NCBI GenBank assembly: GCA_027031935.1
Contig: JALVPF010000093.1
Location: forward strand, 1-47,631
DNA length: 47,631 nt
DNA from: Myxococcales bacterium
GTDB lineage: Bacteria; Myxococcota; B64-G9
Direction: 5' to 3'
Position numbers and translations under genes: made by a program. Below, piece after piece: positions 17,443-27,059 of this stretch (the stretch's first letter is position 1; each line of letters opens with the position of its first letter). A model generated the notes under the pieces. It was given only the letters and a program-made list of their open reading frames with translations. It did no database searches and had not been told where the DNA came from.

Positions 17443-20400
17443 CTACTGTGGATATATGAAGCTTACACCGTTGATATCCGACTCGGCCAACGACACCTTG
17501 CTCATGTCGCAATAATCCACGGCATAGTACATGGTGGCGTTGAACACATCAGGATGATCCAGTCCTAAGAGGTGGCCCTCTTCGTGGGTTGCAACTCCAT
17601 CCAGATCCATCTGGTTGGAGCATGGGTCACCATTCCTGACAAAAGGCACTCCATCGTTGAACACTATATCTGCATCGGTAATTCGATAGAAAGTCACGCC
17701 ATTTGTCGTTGTGGTCTGACTGTTATAAATAGGAAGGGTTGCACCGAGAACACCCGAAGCCAACTCTCCATCCGGGTCCTCGAAGGACATGGTATTGTAG
17801 CCATCGTTTATAAACCCGCCAGAGCCGGCAGAGGCCTGAGAGAGTTCGTTGAAGGTGATAGTTGCCGTGGCCACGTTCTGCCATTGGTCAAAACCATTGC
17901 GGATTGCATCACGTGTGGATGTTTGACCCAGGTCGCCCTCGTAGTTGTTGGCCACAAACCTGAACCCCACAGGCATATCGGAATCAAACCATTTCCTAGG
18001 CGGATCCAAAAGCTCAAAGGTTGTTGCATCACCTACCGTTACCGGTTGAGGACCGTCCACGTTGTCTGTCTCGTCCGATTCAGCAATGGCGTCATTGGTG
18101 TCCGCCTGCACCCACGCGGTGTACGACCCGTTTGGAGCATTCTGCCATACAAGATCGTACGGTTTGGACTCACCCACTGCCAAGCCTGTGGGATTATCTG
18201 ACCAGTCACCAGCATCACCCACACCAGGGGCACTGGCGCGATCCGTGTATAGGTCTACCTGGAACGAATTGATCACATCCACGTTTCCTGTGTTCACCAC
18301 ATCCCAGTGGTATTGTATATCATTACCCACCAGGGTTGCTGTGAAATTCTGGATGCTGATGTTCTTTGTTCCGCCGGCCAACTGAATGGGCACCTGGTCG
18401 TTCCACGTGGTGGTACCATCTGTAAGCTCCAGGTCCAGGACATACTGGAACGCGTCGGCAGATGCCGAGACATTGATCACGAAGCCGTTTGCTGTTGCTG
18501 TGCTACCTGCGCTGACGGTGCCAAACGATCTTGTTGCAGTGGTAACCGTTACATCTGGGTCAGAAGAAGACAGGGTACCAGTCACGCCTGTGGCATCCTG
18601 GGCTCCATCGTTTTTCACGGTTATGTTCAAGGTTGCACTCTGACCCTTTTGGATGGGATCGGGGGTGGATGTCAGAGAATCATAAACGAGTTCCGTGGAT
18701 TGACAGCCGTTTACCTTGATGATGAAAGACGAATATATGGGCGACCAGGTTCCTTCGCTTTCGTCCCAAAGATAACCGTTCATCTGCGAGTTGTTCTGGG
18801 TATCACCGTCATCGGAGAGCACCGCAAAATCAGTAGCGCTGAGATCTGTCTGGGATTCCACCACCACGAAGAAAGTATCACCGGTTTTGAATGTCAAAGG
18901 AGTGGGCAGGCTGAATGTTTCAACAGTCGGTGTACCTCCGCCATTGGCTGTCACCGACTGCCAGTTGGACTGGTAGATCAGCTTATCAGGATAACCTGCC
19001 TGGTAAGTATAAACCTTCAGCCTGAAGGTACCGGTTCCGCTCCCGCTGGAGTTATTGTAAAGGAAGCTCACATCAGCAGAGGTCATGGCAAAGGACGTGG
19101 AGTCAACGACAAAATAGTTACCCGTCTCATCGCCTGCTGCCGGGGGGATAATATACTTTGGGGTATCATTGTCGGTGGCCAGCACGTGGTTTTCTGTCAC
19201 ACAGCCGGAGCCCTGCACGTACACACCGTATGAGGTGACCCATGAGTTTGGACCATCTGAGCTGTTGAGTACCATGCCATATATTCCGTAGGCAGTTGCG
19301 TCTGCCGAGATCCCGTAGGCAGGTGATCCAGCGGCGGTGGCACCGGCAGTAATAGTACCAAAGTTTGCCGTATCGCTGGTCAATACCATCTCTGGTGCAC
19401 CAGAACTCAATACACCACTTACGGTAGCCGAATCATCAAAGCCACGATTTTTCAGCGTGGCAGTGGAGGTAATGGATCCACCAGCAGGAAGGGGAGTCTG
19501 ACTCTCTGCATGGTCTGAAAGCTCCAACCACGGCCCCTCTCCGCATCCCTGTACCCTGATCAACCAGTTACCCAGGACGCCATAATACTGCCCATCGGAT
19601 TGCTGTTTGAGCACGCCACCAGCATAAGTGTCTGCGATTCCACCATCCATCAGGGGCAGGAACAGGTTGGTCGTCTGGTCAGCTTCCGAGCGAACACCTA
19701 CCCAAAGGAGCTCACCGTTTGTAAACCCGACAGGAGATGAAAGGGTAAAGGTATGGGGTGCATCCCATGCTTCTGTCACAGTATCAGGACCAGCCGATGC
19801 CAGTTCGGTACCAGGCAGTCCATCGTTGTCAGCATAGACATGCAGGGAATAGCTTCCCTGGGCATTTCCGCTCCCGCCTGAGAAATCATAAAAATAAACA
19901 TCGACGGAGATGGCATTATAAGAAGACGAATTGATGAAAAATGCGTTGATCGCCTCGTCTCCCGCGTTCAAGCCATAGCTGGTCAAGGGAAAACCATTGT
20001 CTATCTGCAATAGCCCCTCGGGTACTGCAGTATCACAGGAGGCACAACCCTCGTCGATGATCCTGTTGCAGTTGTTGTCAATGCCATCGCATGCCTCTGT
20101 GGCACCAGGGTTGATGTCAGGATTGGAATCATCGCAGTCATCTCCGGTGCATGCACCTGTACCATCGCCATATCCATCGGAATCCTGGTCCCTTATGGTT
20201 CCTGTGCAGTTGCCGCCCACGCACATGTCGTTTTCTGTACACGCATCGCCATCATTACAGGCTTCGCTGTTGTTGGTGTGTACGCATCCAAGTTGAGGAT
20301 CACAGGAATCATCTGTACATATGTTCGAATCATCACAGCTTATGCCGGTTCCAACACAAATCCCACCGGAGCAATGGTCGCTCGAAGTACAGCCATTGCC

Positions 20401-22281
20401 ATCATCACAGGTGTTGCTGTCATTTGCCGTGTTGACACAACCCTGGTTCGCCACACAGGAATCGTCCGTACAATCGTTGTTGTCATTGCAATCGAGTGTA
20501 CCGGCACCGGCCTGACAGGTTCCACCCGAACAGGTATCCCCGGTTGAGCAAGGATCACCATCATCACAGGGTGCCGTGTTGTTGGCAAACACACATCCAG
20601 TCGCAGGTACACAGGAATCGTCCGTGCAAGGATTGGAGTCATCACAGGTCAATGTTCCGGCACCAGCCTGACAGGTTCCACCAGAACACACGTCACCAGT
20701 TGTACATGCGTTGCCATCATCGCATGGTGCGGTGTTGTTAGCATGCTGACATCCAGATACGGGATCGCATGTATCCGTAGTGCATGGGTTACCACTATCG
20801 CAGTTCAGTGCAGTGCCTGCCACACAAGAGCCGGCAGAACAGGTCTCGGTACCATTGCAAACGTTTCCGTCATCGCAATCCGAGTCGTCACCGCAGGTAT
20901 TGCAACCAGGGTCCTGTGCATCCGAAAGCTGGTTGCAATTGTTGTCAACACCATCTGAACACACCGGATCACCGGCTGGACCTTCGAATGCTCCCGGGTT
21001 AATGGCAGCCACATCATCGTTACAGTCGTCACCACCACAATTTTCATCGATGTAACCATCGGAATCCGCATCCTTTGGAAGACCAGAGCATACCCCGTTA
21101 GAGCAAGTGTCGCCGGTTGTACAGCTATCACCATCGTCACATGGGGAGGTATTGTAGGTGTGGCTGCAACCATTCACAGGATCACAGGTGTCATCGGTGC
21201 ACGGGTCACCATCATCACAATCAAAAGCTGCCTCACCGGACACGCACTGACCGGCCTGACAATGATCTCCATCCGTACATGCGTTTCCATCGTCACAAGA
21301 AGCTGTGTTGTTGGCATGTACACAACCCAGACCCTGTACACAGGAGTCATCGGTACAATCCTCGTGATCGTCACAATCCCTCGCAGCACCAGCCTGGCAT
21401 GCTCCATCAGCACAGGTATCACCCACTGTACAGTCATCTCCATCATCACAGGGGTCGGTGTTGTTTTCGTGTTGGCAACCATTTGCTACGTCGCATGAAT
21501 CAGTGGTGCAGTCATTGCCGTCATCACAGTTCAAGGCAGTGCCATGGCATGAACCCTGGTCACAGGCGTCGTTTTCCGTACACGCGTTCTCGTCGTCACA
21601 TGGAGCTATGTTGAAAGAATGAACACATCCTAAGGAATCATCACAGCTGTCCTCGGTACATGGGTTGTTATCATCACAATCAACGCTCGAATCTCCAACA
21701 CAAACACCGTTGGAACAATGGTCGTTGGAAGAACAAGCCTGTCCGTCGTCACATTCGTTGGAGTTGGGAGAATACACGCAACCAGAGGCGGGATCGCATG
21801 AATCATCCGTACATTCGTTTCCATCATCGCAGGTCAAGGCATCTCCGCCCACACAGGAGCCATTGGAACACACGTCGCCTATGGTGCAAGCGTTATCGTC
21901 ATCACAGGGCGCGCTATTGGGGATATAGACGCAGCCTTCGGAGTCATCGCAGGAGTCGTTTGTGCAAGGATTGCCGTCATCGCAACCAACAGCTGTCCCG
22001 GAACATACTCCATCGGAACATACATCGTTTTCAGAGCAAGCCTGACCATCGTCACAGGGAGCCGTGTTGTTTGTGTTTACGCATTTTCCCTGCACACATG
22101 TATCATCCGTACACGGGTTTTCATCGTCGCATTGTGCAGCAGATGTACACTCCACATTACCACCATCACCACCGTCTATGCCACCATCTTCAGGGTTGGT
22201 GCCTCCATCGGAACATCCACCAATGGCCAGCATCAAGGCCAAGGTCAGTCCCATGAATAAACTGGTTGATAGGCGTCTCAT
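17443..22281 (-). CDS. Giant (1612 aa) Cys-rich lipoprotein ending in a matrixin-like (metzincin, M10-type) zinc metalloprotease domain
   Basis: Lipobox LAIGGCS. Residues ~45-750 hold about 11 tandem ~51-aa Cys-rich units (CDDGNPCTxDSCdxxxGCVxxxNxxxCDDGnACTxxDxCxxGxCxG), interrupted twice by MopE-like putative metal-binding motifs (DSDGY..DDC(N/D)D....INPGA.E.CDG(V/I)DNNCN). A duplicated ~330-aa beta-rich two-domain module follows, then a CARDB-like domain (NISIQNFTATLVGNDIQYHWDVVNTGNVDV...), then VATHEEGHLLGLDHP...ATMYY (HExxHxxGxxH plus Met-turn, nt 17554..17586). Confidence 0.9.
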   Translation of the reverse strand: MRRLSTSLFMGLTLALMLAIGGCSDGGTNPEDGGIDGGDGGNVECTSAAQCDDENPCTDDTCVQGKCVNTNNTAPCDDGQACSENDVCSDGVCSGTAVGCDDGNPCTNDSCDDSEGCVYIPNSAPCDDDNACTIGDVCSNGSCVGGDALTCDDGNECTDDSCDPASGCVYSPNSNECDDGQACSSNDHCSNGVCVGDSSVDCDDNNPCTEDSCDDSLGCVHSFNIAPCDDENACTENDACDQGSCHGTALNCDDGNDCTTDSCDVANGCQHENNTDPCDDGDDCTVGDTCADGACQAGAARDCDDHEDCTDDSCVQGLGCVHANNTASCDDGNACTDGDHCQAGQCVSGEAAFDCDDGDPCTDDTCDPVNGCSHTYNTSPCDDGDSCTTGDTCSNGVCSGLPKDADSDGYIDENCGGDDCNDDVAAINPGAFEGPAGDPVCSDGVDNNCNQLSDAQDPGCNTCGDDSDCDDGNVCNGTETCSAGSCVAGTALNCDSGNPCTTDTCDPVSGCQHANNTAPCDDGNACTTGDVCSGGTCQAGAGTLTCDDSNPCTDDSCVPATGCVFANNTAPCDDGDPCSTGDTCSGGTCQAGAGTLDCNDNNDCTDDSCVANQGCVNTANDSNTCDDGNGCTSSDHCSGGICVGTGISCDDSNICTDDSCDPQLGCVHTNNSEACNDGDACTENDMCVGGNCTGTIRDQDSDGYGDGTGACTGDDCDDSNPDINPGATEACDGIDNNCNRIIDEGCASCDTAVPEGLLQIDNGFPLTSYGLNAGDEAINAFFINSSSYNAISVDVYFYDFSGGSGNAQGSYSLHVYADNDGLPGTELASAGPDTVTEAWDAPHTFTLSSPVGFTNGELLWVGVRSEADQTTNLFLPLMDGGIADTYAGGVLKQQSDGQYYGVLGNWLIRVQGCGEGPWLELSDHAESQTPLPAGGSITSTATLKNRGFDDSATVSGVLSSGAPEMVLTSDTANFGTITAGATAAGSPAYGISADATAYGIYGMVLNSSDGPNSWVTSYGVYVQGSGCVTENHVLATDNDTPKYIIPPAAGDETGNYFVVDSTSFAMTSADVSFLYNNSSGSGTGTFRLKVYTYQAGYPDKLIYQSNWQSVTANGGGTPTVETFSLPTPLTFKTGDTFFVVVESQTDLSATDFAVLSDDGDTQNNSQMNGYLWDESEGTWSPIYSSFIIKVNGCQSTELVYDSLTSTPDPIQKGQSATLNITVKNDGAQDATGVTGTLSSSDPDVTVTTATRSFGTVSAGSTATANGFVINVSASADAFQYVLDLELTDGTTTWNDQVPIQLAGGTKNISIQNFTATLVGNDIQYHWDVVNTGNVDVINSFQVDLYTDRASAPGVGDAGDWSDNPTGLAVGESKPYDLVWQNAPNGSYTAWVQADTNDAIAESDETDNVDGPQPVTVGDATTFELLDPPRKWFDSDMPVGFRFVANNYEGDLGQTSTRDAIRNGFDQWQNVATATITFNELSQASAGSGGFINDGYNTMSFEDPDGELASGVLGATLPIYNSQTTTTNGVTFYRITDADIVFNDGVPFVRNGDPCSNQMDLDGVATHEEGHLLGLDHPDVFNATMYYAVDYCDMSKVSLAESDINGVSFIYPQ
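20032..22149 (-). repeat. Tandem coding repeats (~153-nt period) encoding the CDDGNxCT Cys-rich units of the giant metalloprotease
   Basis: Spacing of equivalent Cys residues is 50-52 aa (C100, C151, C202, C252, C303, C355; then C494, C546, C598, C649, my own residue count). Adjacent units at nt ~20500-20700 share long near-identical strings, e.g. g(t/a)(a/t)ccggcacc(g/a)gcctgacaggttccacc. Confidence 0.85.
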
Positions 22282-22826
22282 TTTGAACCTCCTGCAAACA
22301 AGGCCCGGACTTCATCAAGAGAGTGAAGGCTTACACCAGCCGGGTTTGAGCCCACAGCCTTTACTCCTGCTTCGGGCATATCCCGGATGACCATCTCCCT
22401 GCCTGTCTTGGCATCCGTAAACACCTTGAATTTGCCCATGTACAGTCCGATGGTCAAATACCCTTCTCCGTCCTTGCGGGGCTCCAAGAAAACCAGCACC
22501 TTCTCGCCCTTGGCAAACTTGGGAGCGCCATCGAGTTTGGCAAAGGTGTCACCCACCCTGCCTCCTATGGTTTTGACCACTACCGTACCCATCTTTGCGG
22601 GACCCTTGAGGATCTCCGTGGGGTTAATCCACACGCGTGTATGAATTTTTGTCTTGTCAGCATTCCAGCTGGCTTCCACCCGGTTTACTTCTCCCACCAA
22701 CACCACCTTCGCCACAGGCGCCATCTGGTCGATATCCATATTGACCACTACCGTGGCTGATGCCGGTAGCGCAATTGCCAGCGTCACTGCGGCGATGGCT
22801 ATTGAGACTTTCAGGTAACTACGCAT
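22278..22826 (-). CDS. Small secreted beta-rich protein of unknown function, translationally coupled to the giant metalloprotease gene
   Basis: 182 aa with signal peptide MRSYLKVSIAIAAVTLAIALPASA|T. A 4-nt overlap with the start of 17443..22281 is present. I recognise no family. Confidence 0.7.
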   Translation of the reverse strand: MRSYLKVSIAIAAVTLAIALPASATVVVNMDIDQMAPVAKVVLVGEVNRVEASWNADKTKIHTRVWINPTEILKGPAKMGTVVVKTIGGRVGDTFAKLDGAPKFAKGEKVLVFLEPRKDGEGYLTIGLYMGKFKVFTDAKTGREMVIRDMPEAGVKAVGSNPAGVSLHSLDEVRALFAGGSK

Positions 22827-22901
22827 AACGTCTTCTCCTTGAAAAATAATATTTGTTCGGATTTATTCCATTGGATTCAAACTCTTGATACCAACTTCAA
22901 A

Positions 22902-22927
22902 AGCCGGGGCGCCCCTGCGCCCCGGCT
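22902..22927 (-). terminator. Rho-independent terminator downstream of the 1271-aa gene
   Basis: Perfect 11-bp GC-rich stem AGCCGGGGCGC / GCGCCCCGGCT with a 4-nt loop. On the minus strand it is followed by TTTTG, and it lies 15 nt after the stop at 22942. Confidence 0.8.
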
Positions 22928-22941
22928 TGATTTCGATGGCC

Positions 22942-25900
22942 CTAGTAAGCAACACCTGTATTGAACATGTCAGCGTGGAACTGAGGGAAGGACCCAGCAG
23001 ACTCAGCAGGGCCTGCCGTAGCCAGGATCGTTATGAGATTTCCATCTTTTGGATCCACGACGAGAATGTAGCCGTATCCAGCCTGAGAAGAAGCGATCCA
23101 GGTGGGAGAAGAATGTATCCACGCATCATCAGGTTGTGAAGTAGATATGGATGCATACCACTGTAAGGATCCATCCATCCCATAATTGAGTATGTATGCG
23201 CCGGCATGCAGGGTGGCTGAACCGTCATCGCCAAGGCCAAAGCTGCTCATCAACATGCCAAACCCACCAACAGCACCAGTTACCGAAGATCCATCATAGC
23301 TCAACAAGTAGAAATCTCCATCAGGCGACCTTGAAGTCATTCTAATCAAGGTATTGCCGTTTCCGTCAGGCATGGCCACAGGTGAACAGCCATCAACGTC
23401 CTTGGTGGCTCCACCGTTAGATATATCAATTGGGAACCCTGGAGCCGTGCTGCCGTCATCCAGGTTATATGCGTAGAGTATACCATCATCACAACCTATG
23501 TAGACCACACCGTCTGCTATGGCAGGAGACGAGTTGCATCCACCGCCAGTGGCAGCGCTTTCCCAAAGCACATCCCCGGCATCGACACAAGGAGCAGAGC
23601 CTGTGGCAGTCGTACAAAGGGCCACTACCTTGCCAGTGCCGACACCACCCACTCCGAACACCACCACCTCGTCAGATGCCGTGGTGAATCCGATGGAAGG
23701 AGAGCTGTCCACCCATGCGCCACCAGTATCGTAGTTGAACCTCTGCGTGCCGTCAGAGTTGAAGCCGAAGAAGCCTGCGCCCTGTGTACCGAAGAAGACA
23801 GCGCCATCTGTCAAACTCACTGCAGGAGTTGATTGGACCGTGTTACCAGCAGCGAGAGGACCAACCGAAATATTCAGGTCTATCGTGAAAGGATCAGGAT
23901 CATCTGCGGTAATATTAAGAGTATACCCATACACACCATTGTCAGTACCCACATAGGCTACATTTGGATCGGCAATCAAATCCATGGCTACCGAGCTTTT
24001 GGCATAAACACCACTTACCGGCAAATCATCATCCGATTCCGCAAAACCTGGTTTGGTCACATTCACCCATCCATAACTATCAATGGTCCACACGTAGCTG
24101 GCAGAATCCATTGCTGGTGTAGACGTTCCACCGTAAACATAAGACTGGGCGACAACCAGGCCAGGACCTTCCCAGCCGGGAGAGCAGTTGTTCAGTGTGC
24201 GACGGTAGAAATCCACTGCGTTATCATCCGTGTCATCATGAGCCGCATCACGGCTGAGGCAATACATCACGCCACCAGAGGGATCCGCAGCAGGTGCCGC
24301 GTGAGTGTAATCCGCACCTTCTCCTGCGAAGTTATCCGTATCGCTGAATGTATCGTATGCCAGGGCGTCTACCACCTGCGTGCCCAACCATCTTACCTGT
24401 ACGCTGTCAGGACCATTCTGCAGGTCCACGTCATTGGTCAGAAGGTCAGCCTCTGCCACCAGCGCCGCATCTCCGTTGGGCCGGGCTATTACGAAATGAC
24501 CGTCTGAAGGCATGGTGTATCCATCCAGTGGAATAACCACATAATCGGGGTTGGACGCACTCGAGTTACCATTTACCCCCACCACTGAGTAGCCGGTGAG
24601 ATCCTGGCCTGCGGTTCCATAGAGTTCTATGAACAGGAAGTTTCCATCCTGGGTATCGGTGCCTTCGTTGTTATACAGCACCTCGTTTATCAACACCGTG
24701 CTCGGGGCCGTGTCTGAGAAACAAGAGGCGTTGTAACAAACCGGGGTCGCACCGGAACAAGTTGTCTGGGTTCCCCATTCCAGGCATTCGTCCGAATCGA
24801 AGTTGGCAGCGCATACCTCGACGGTGTTTCCATTACACTGTGTATCGTTCAAGGCAGGGCAATCATCTGTGCATACAACCTGGCAACCCGTGACGCCGTT
24901 GCCATCATCTCCACACTGCTCGCCATAGCCACAGGCCAGGGGAGTGCTCAGGTCAAGACAGCTGTCCGAATCATATTCACCACAGATGCGGTAGGTCTTG
25001 CCCGTAGGGTCATCAGCAGAGCATACTATAGTCCCATTGGTATCACACTCATCGGAACAGGTAGCAGCGCAGACACCGTTGGAGCAAACTTCTCCATCGG
25101 GACAAGCGACCGGATTATCCGTGTTCCACTCCATGCATGGGTCCCCATCCCATTCACCACACTCCTCTGTGCCCGAACCATCAGGTGTACATCTCAAGGA
25201 ACCAGTGGGTAGACAATCATCTGTACAATCCAACACGCACTGAGAAGTGGACGGGTCACAAGCATAATACTGCTGGCAATTGACCGGGGTTCCCCACTCC
25301 AGGCAAGGATCGGCATCCCAGTTGGCAGCACACACCTGGTAGCCGCTCAGGTCGTTGGTGCACTGCTGGGCGCCACCGGAAGGACACTCATCCGAACAGG
25401 TCAATACACAAGTTGCGGAAGCGGGATCACAGGCATAAAAAGCATCGCAGTTTGTCACATCAGACCATACCCAGCAATCCGCATTGGGATCCTGGGGATC
25501 AGCAACTGCCACACACTCGTGCCATCCGCCTCCTGAGCACTCTCTGTCACCTTCGTTGCACTGGGTGACGCACACCTCTGAGCACTGGCCACCTATGCAG
25601 GTCTGATTGTCATCACAACTGGTAATATCCGCGCTCCACTCCAGGCAGGAGTCGGCATCATAGTTACCGCAGGTGCGATACCCATTGCCATCACACACAT
25701 GGGCACCAGCAGTGTCACAATCATTGGTGCAATTCTCCACGCAATTGCCGTTTTCACATGTGTAACCACCCTGACAGGAAGTAAAAGAACCGAACTCCAG
25801 GCAAGGATCGTTATCGAAGTTACCACACACTTCCCAACCTACCTGACCATTGATCTCGTTGCAGCGCTTTTCACCTGTATCGCACTCGTCGCTGCAGGCA

Positions 25901-26757
25901 GTCTCGCAAGCGCCGTCCTTGCAGATCTCGTAAGCCGCACAGTTGGTAACACCTGACCAATCAAGACAAGGATCTGCATCATAGCTTCCACATTGCCTGT
26001 AGCCGTTGCCTTCGCAGATTTTCTGGTTGGGTGTACAATCATCAGTACACTCTGACGAGCAGGTGCCTGCCGAGCAGGTCTCGCCCTGCGGACACAGGGT
26101 CAAACCACCCCATTCCAGACACGAGTCACCATCGAAGTTACCACAGACCATGAAACCATTGTCCGGGGGCGCTGCGCAGGTTCGATCACCTTCTGCAGGG
26201 CACTCGTCTACGCACGATTCCACACAAGCACCCTCCACGCATGTCTGTCCAGTCGGGCAATTGTTCAGCTCGCCGTATTCCAGGCAGTCGTCGTCATCGA
26301 AGTTGCCACACACCCTGAATCCGTTTGCGCCATTTGTATCGCAAACCTTGGCATCTTCGCGTGTGCACTCATCACTACAGGCCGTGACACACTCGCCATC
26401 CTGACAAACCTGGTCTACACCGCAGCTTATGGCAGGTGTCCACTCGAGGCAGGTGTCGCCGTCGGGATCGCCACATTCCTGATACTGGGAGGTGGATCCG
26501 GGCGCACACTGTTTCTCGCCCATCATGCACTCGTTCTGACACGCTACACATTGACCGGCAGCACAATACTGGCCGGCCATGCAGGAATTCCCACAGGCCC
26601 CGCAGTTATCCCGGTCTGTAGCCGTATCAACACACTTGTCAGCGCAACTCGACTGCCCCACGGGACAATCTGTACCGGAATCGCCGGAGCAGCCACTGGA
26701 GACAAAGGCTCCCACAGCCAAAACGCCAAGAAAGAAATTCATCAGTTTGGACTTCAT
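22942..26757 (-). CDS. Giant (1271 aa) Cys-rich lipoprotein: 11 x six-Cys repeats, a lamin-tail (LTD) domain and C-terminal PQQ-like beta-propeller repeats
   Basis: The start is moved to the ATG at 26757 (MKSKLMNFFLGVLAVGAFVSSGCSG, lipobox), with GGAGG 9 nt upstream. The track's 26805 start adds 16 non-signal residues. Repeat consensus: C(S/T)DEC..G...C...G..(Y/F)..CGN(F/Y)D.D.CLEW.....C....C..G.C. LTD: LINEVLYNNEGTDTQDGNFLFIELYGTAGQDLTGYSV. Propeller-like: GVVYIGCDDGILYAYNLDDGS, AVFFGTQGAGFFGFNSDGT. Confidence 0.9.
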   Translation of the reverse strand: MKSKLMNFFLGVLAVGAFVSSGCSGDSGTDCPVGQSSCADKCVDTATDRDNCGACGNSCMAGQYCAAGQCVACQNECMMGEKQCAPGSTSQYQECGDPDGDTCLEWTPAISCGVDQVCQDGECVTACSDECTREDAKVCDTNGANGFRVCGNFDDDDCLEYGELNNCPTGQTCVEGACVESCVDECPAEGDRTCAAPPDNGFMVCGNFDGDSCLEWGGLTLCPQGETCSAGTCSSECTDDCTPNQKICEGNGYRQCGSYDADPCLDWSGVTNCAAYEICKDGACETACSDECDTGEKRCNEINGQVGWEVCGNFDNDPCLEFGSFTSCQGGYTCENGNCVENCTNDCDTAGAHVCDGNGYRTCGNYDADSCLEWSADITSCDDNQTCIGGQCSEVCVTQCNEGDRECSGGGWHECVAVADPQDPNADCWVWSDVTNCDAFYACDPASATCVLTCSDECPSGGAQQCTNDLSGYQVCAANWDADPCLEWGTPVNCQQYYACDPSTSQCVLDCTDDCLPTGSLRCTPDGSGTEECGEWDGDPCMEWNTDNPVACPDGEVCSNGVCAATCSDECDTNGTIVCSADDPTGKTYRICGEYDSDSCLDLSTPLACGYGEQCGDDGNGVTGCQVVCTDDCPALNDTQCNGNTVEVCAANFDSDECLEWGTQTTCSGATPVCYNASCFSDTAPSTVLINEVLYNNEGTDTQDGNFLFIELYGTAGQDLTGYSVVGVNGNSSASNPDYVVIPLDGYTMPSDGHFVIARPNGDAALVAEADLLTNDVDLQNGPDSVQVRWLGTQVVDALAYDTFSDTDNFAGEGADYTHAAPAADPSGGVMYCLSRDAAHDDTDDNAVDFYRRTLNNCSPGWEGPGLVVAQSYVYGGTSTPAMDSASYVWTIDSYGWVNVTKPGFAESDDDLPVSGVYAKSSVAMDLIADPNVAYVGTDNGVYGYTLNITADDPDPFTIDLNISVGPLAAGNTVQSTPAVSLTDGAVFFGTQGAGFFGFNSDGTQRFNYDTGGAWVDSSPSIGFTTASDEVVVFGVGGVGTGKVVALCTTATGSAPCVDAGDVLWESAATGGGCNSSPAIADGVVYIGCDDGILYAYNLDDGSTAPGFPIDISNGGATKDVDGCSPVAMPDGNGNTLIRMTSRSPDGDFYLLSYDGSSVTGAVGGFGMLMSSFGLGDDGSATLHAGAYILNYGMDGSLQWYASISTSQPDDAWIHSSPTWIASSQAGYGYILVVDPKDGNLITILATAGPAESAGSFPQFHADMFNTGVAY
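24718..26541 (-). repeat. Eleven tandem ~52-58-aa six-cysteine coding repeats
   Basis: Residues ~73-680 of the 1271-aa protein by my count. Each unit starts C(S/T/V/Q)(D/N/T)(E/D/Q)C and contains the CGN(F/Y)D-D-CLEW core. Confidence 0.8.
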
Positions 26758-27059
26758 CACTTTTGGTCCTCCATTTTTTTGATTTTGTCTGCAATAGTCA
26801 TGCAAACGTTTAGGTATCCAGTAAAGATTTCACACAACCTAGCACCTTTCCACACATTTAAGCAATGCAAAGATTTCAGGGGATGGAGACGGAAAAGATC
26901 CGGGGTTTCTTCATTTTTTCCGTTTTTTTTCAATTTCGGATATTTCAACGAGCACTTTCCGGACAGTTCCTTTATATCCAGCAACCTTTAAGGCTTGAAG
27001 ATACAGACCATTGTGCTACCGTCTGCCTTCACATGGAAACCACAGAACAAGGAGCACCC

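Noticed and set aside
18307-19233. 308-aa + strand ORF and many other 60-210-aa ORFs (17572..22390) overlapping the giant metalloprotease gene
   Set aside because: All lie in alternative frames of a 4.8-kb gene with strongly biased, repetitive codon content. Their products are low-complexity (His/Arg/Cys/Pro-rich), with no starts or RBS and no family resemblance.
23430-26991. Numerous + strand and off-frame ORFs (e.g. 23833..24507 at 224 aa, 26006..26404, 26551..26991) across the 1271-aa gene
   Set aside because: These are antisense or off-frame artefacts of the Cys/Asp/Gly-rich repeat gene. The minus-strand frame has coherent domain architecture along its full length.
26865-27059. 65-aa N-terminal extension of the OPT transporter ORF, and the small ORF 26757..26984 (-)
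   Set aside because: This is the divergent promoter region between the two genes. The extension is hydrophobic and Phe-rich from a T-rich tract. A strong AAGGAG precedes the ATG at 27060.
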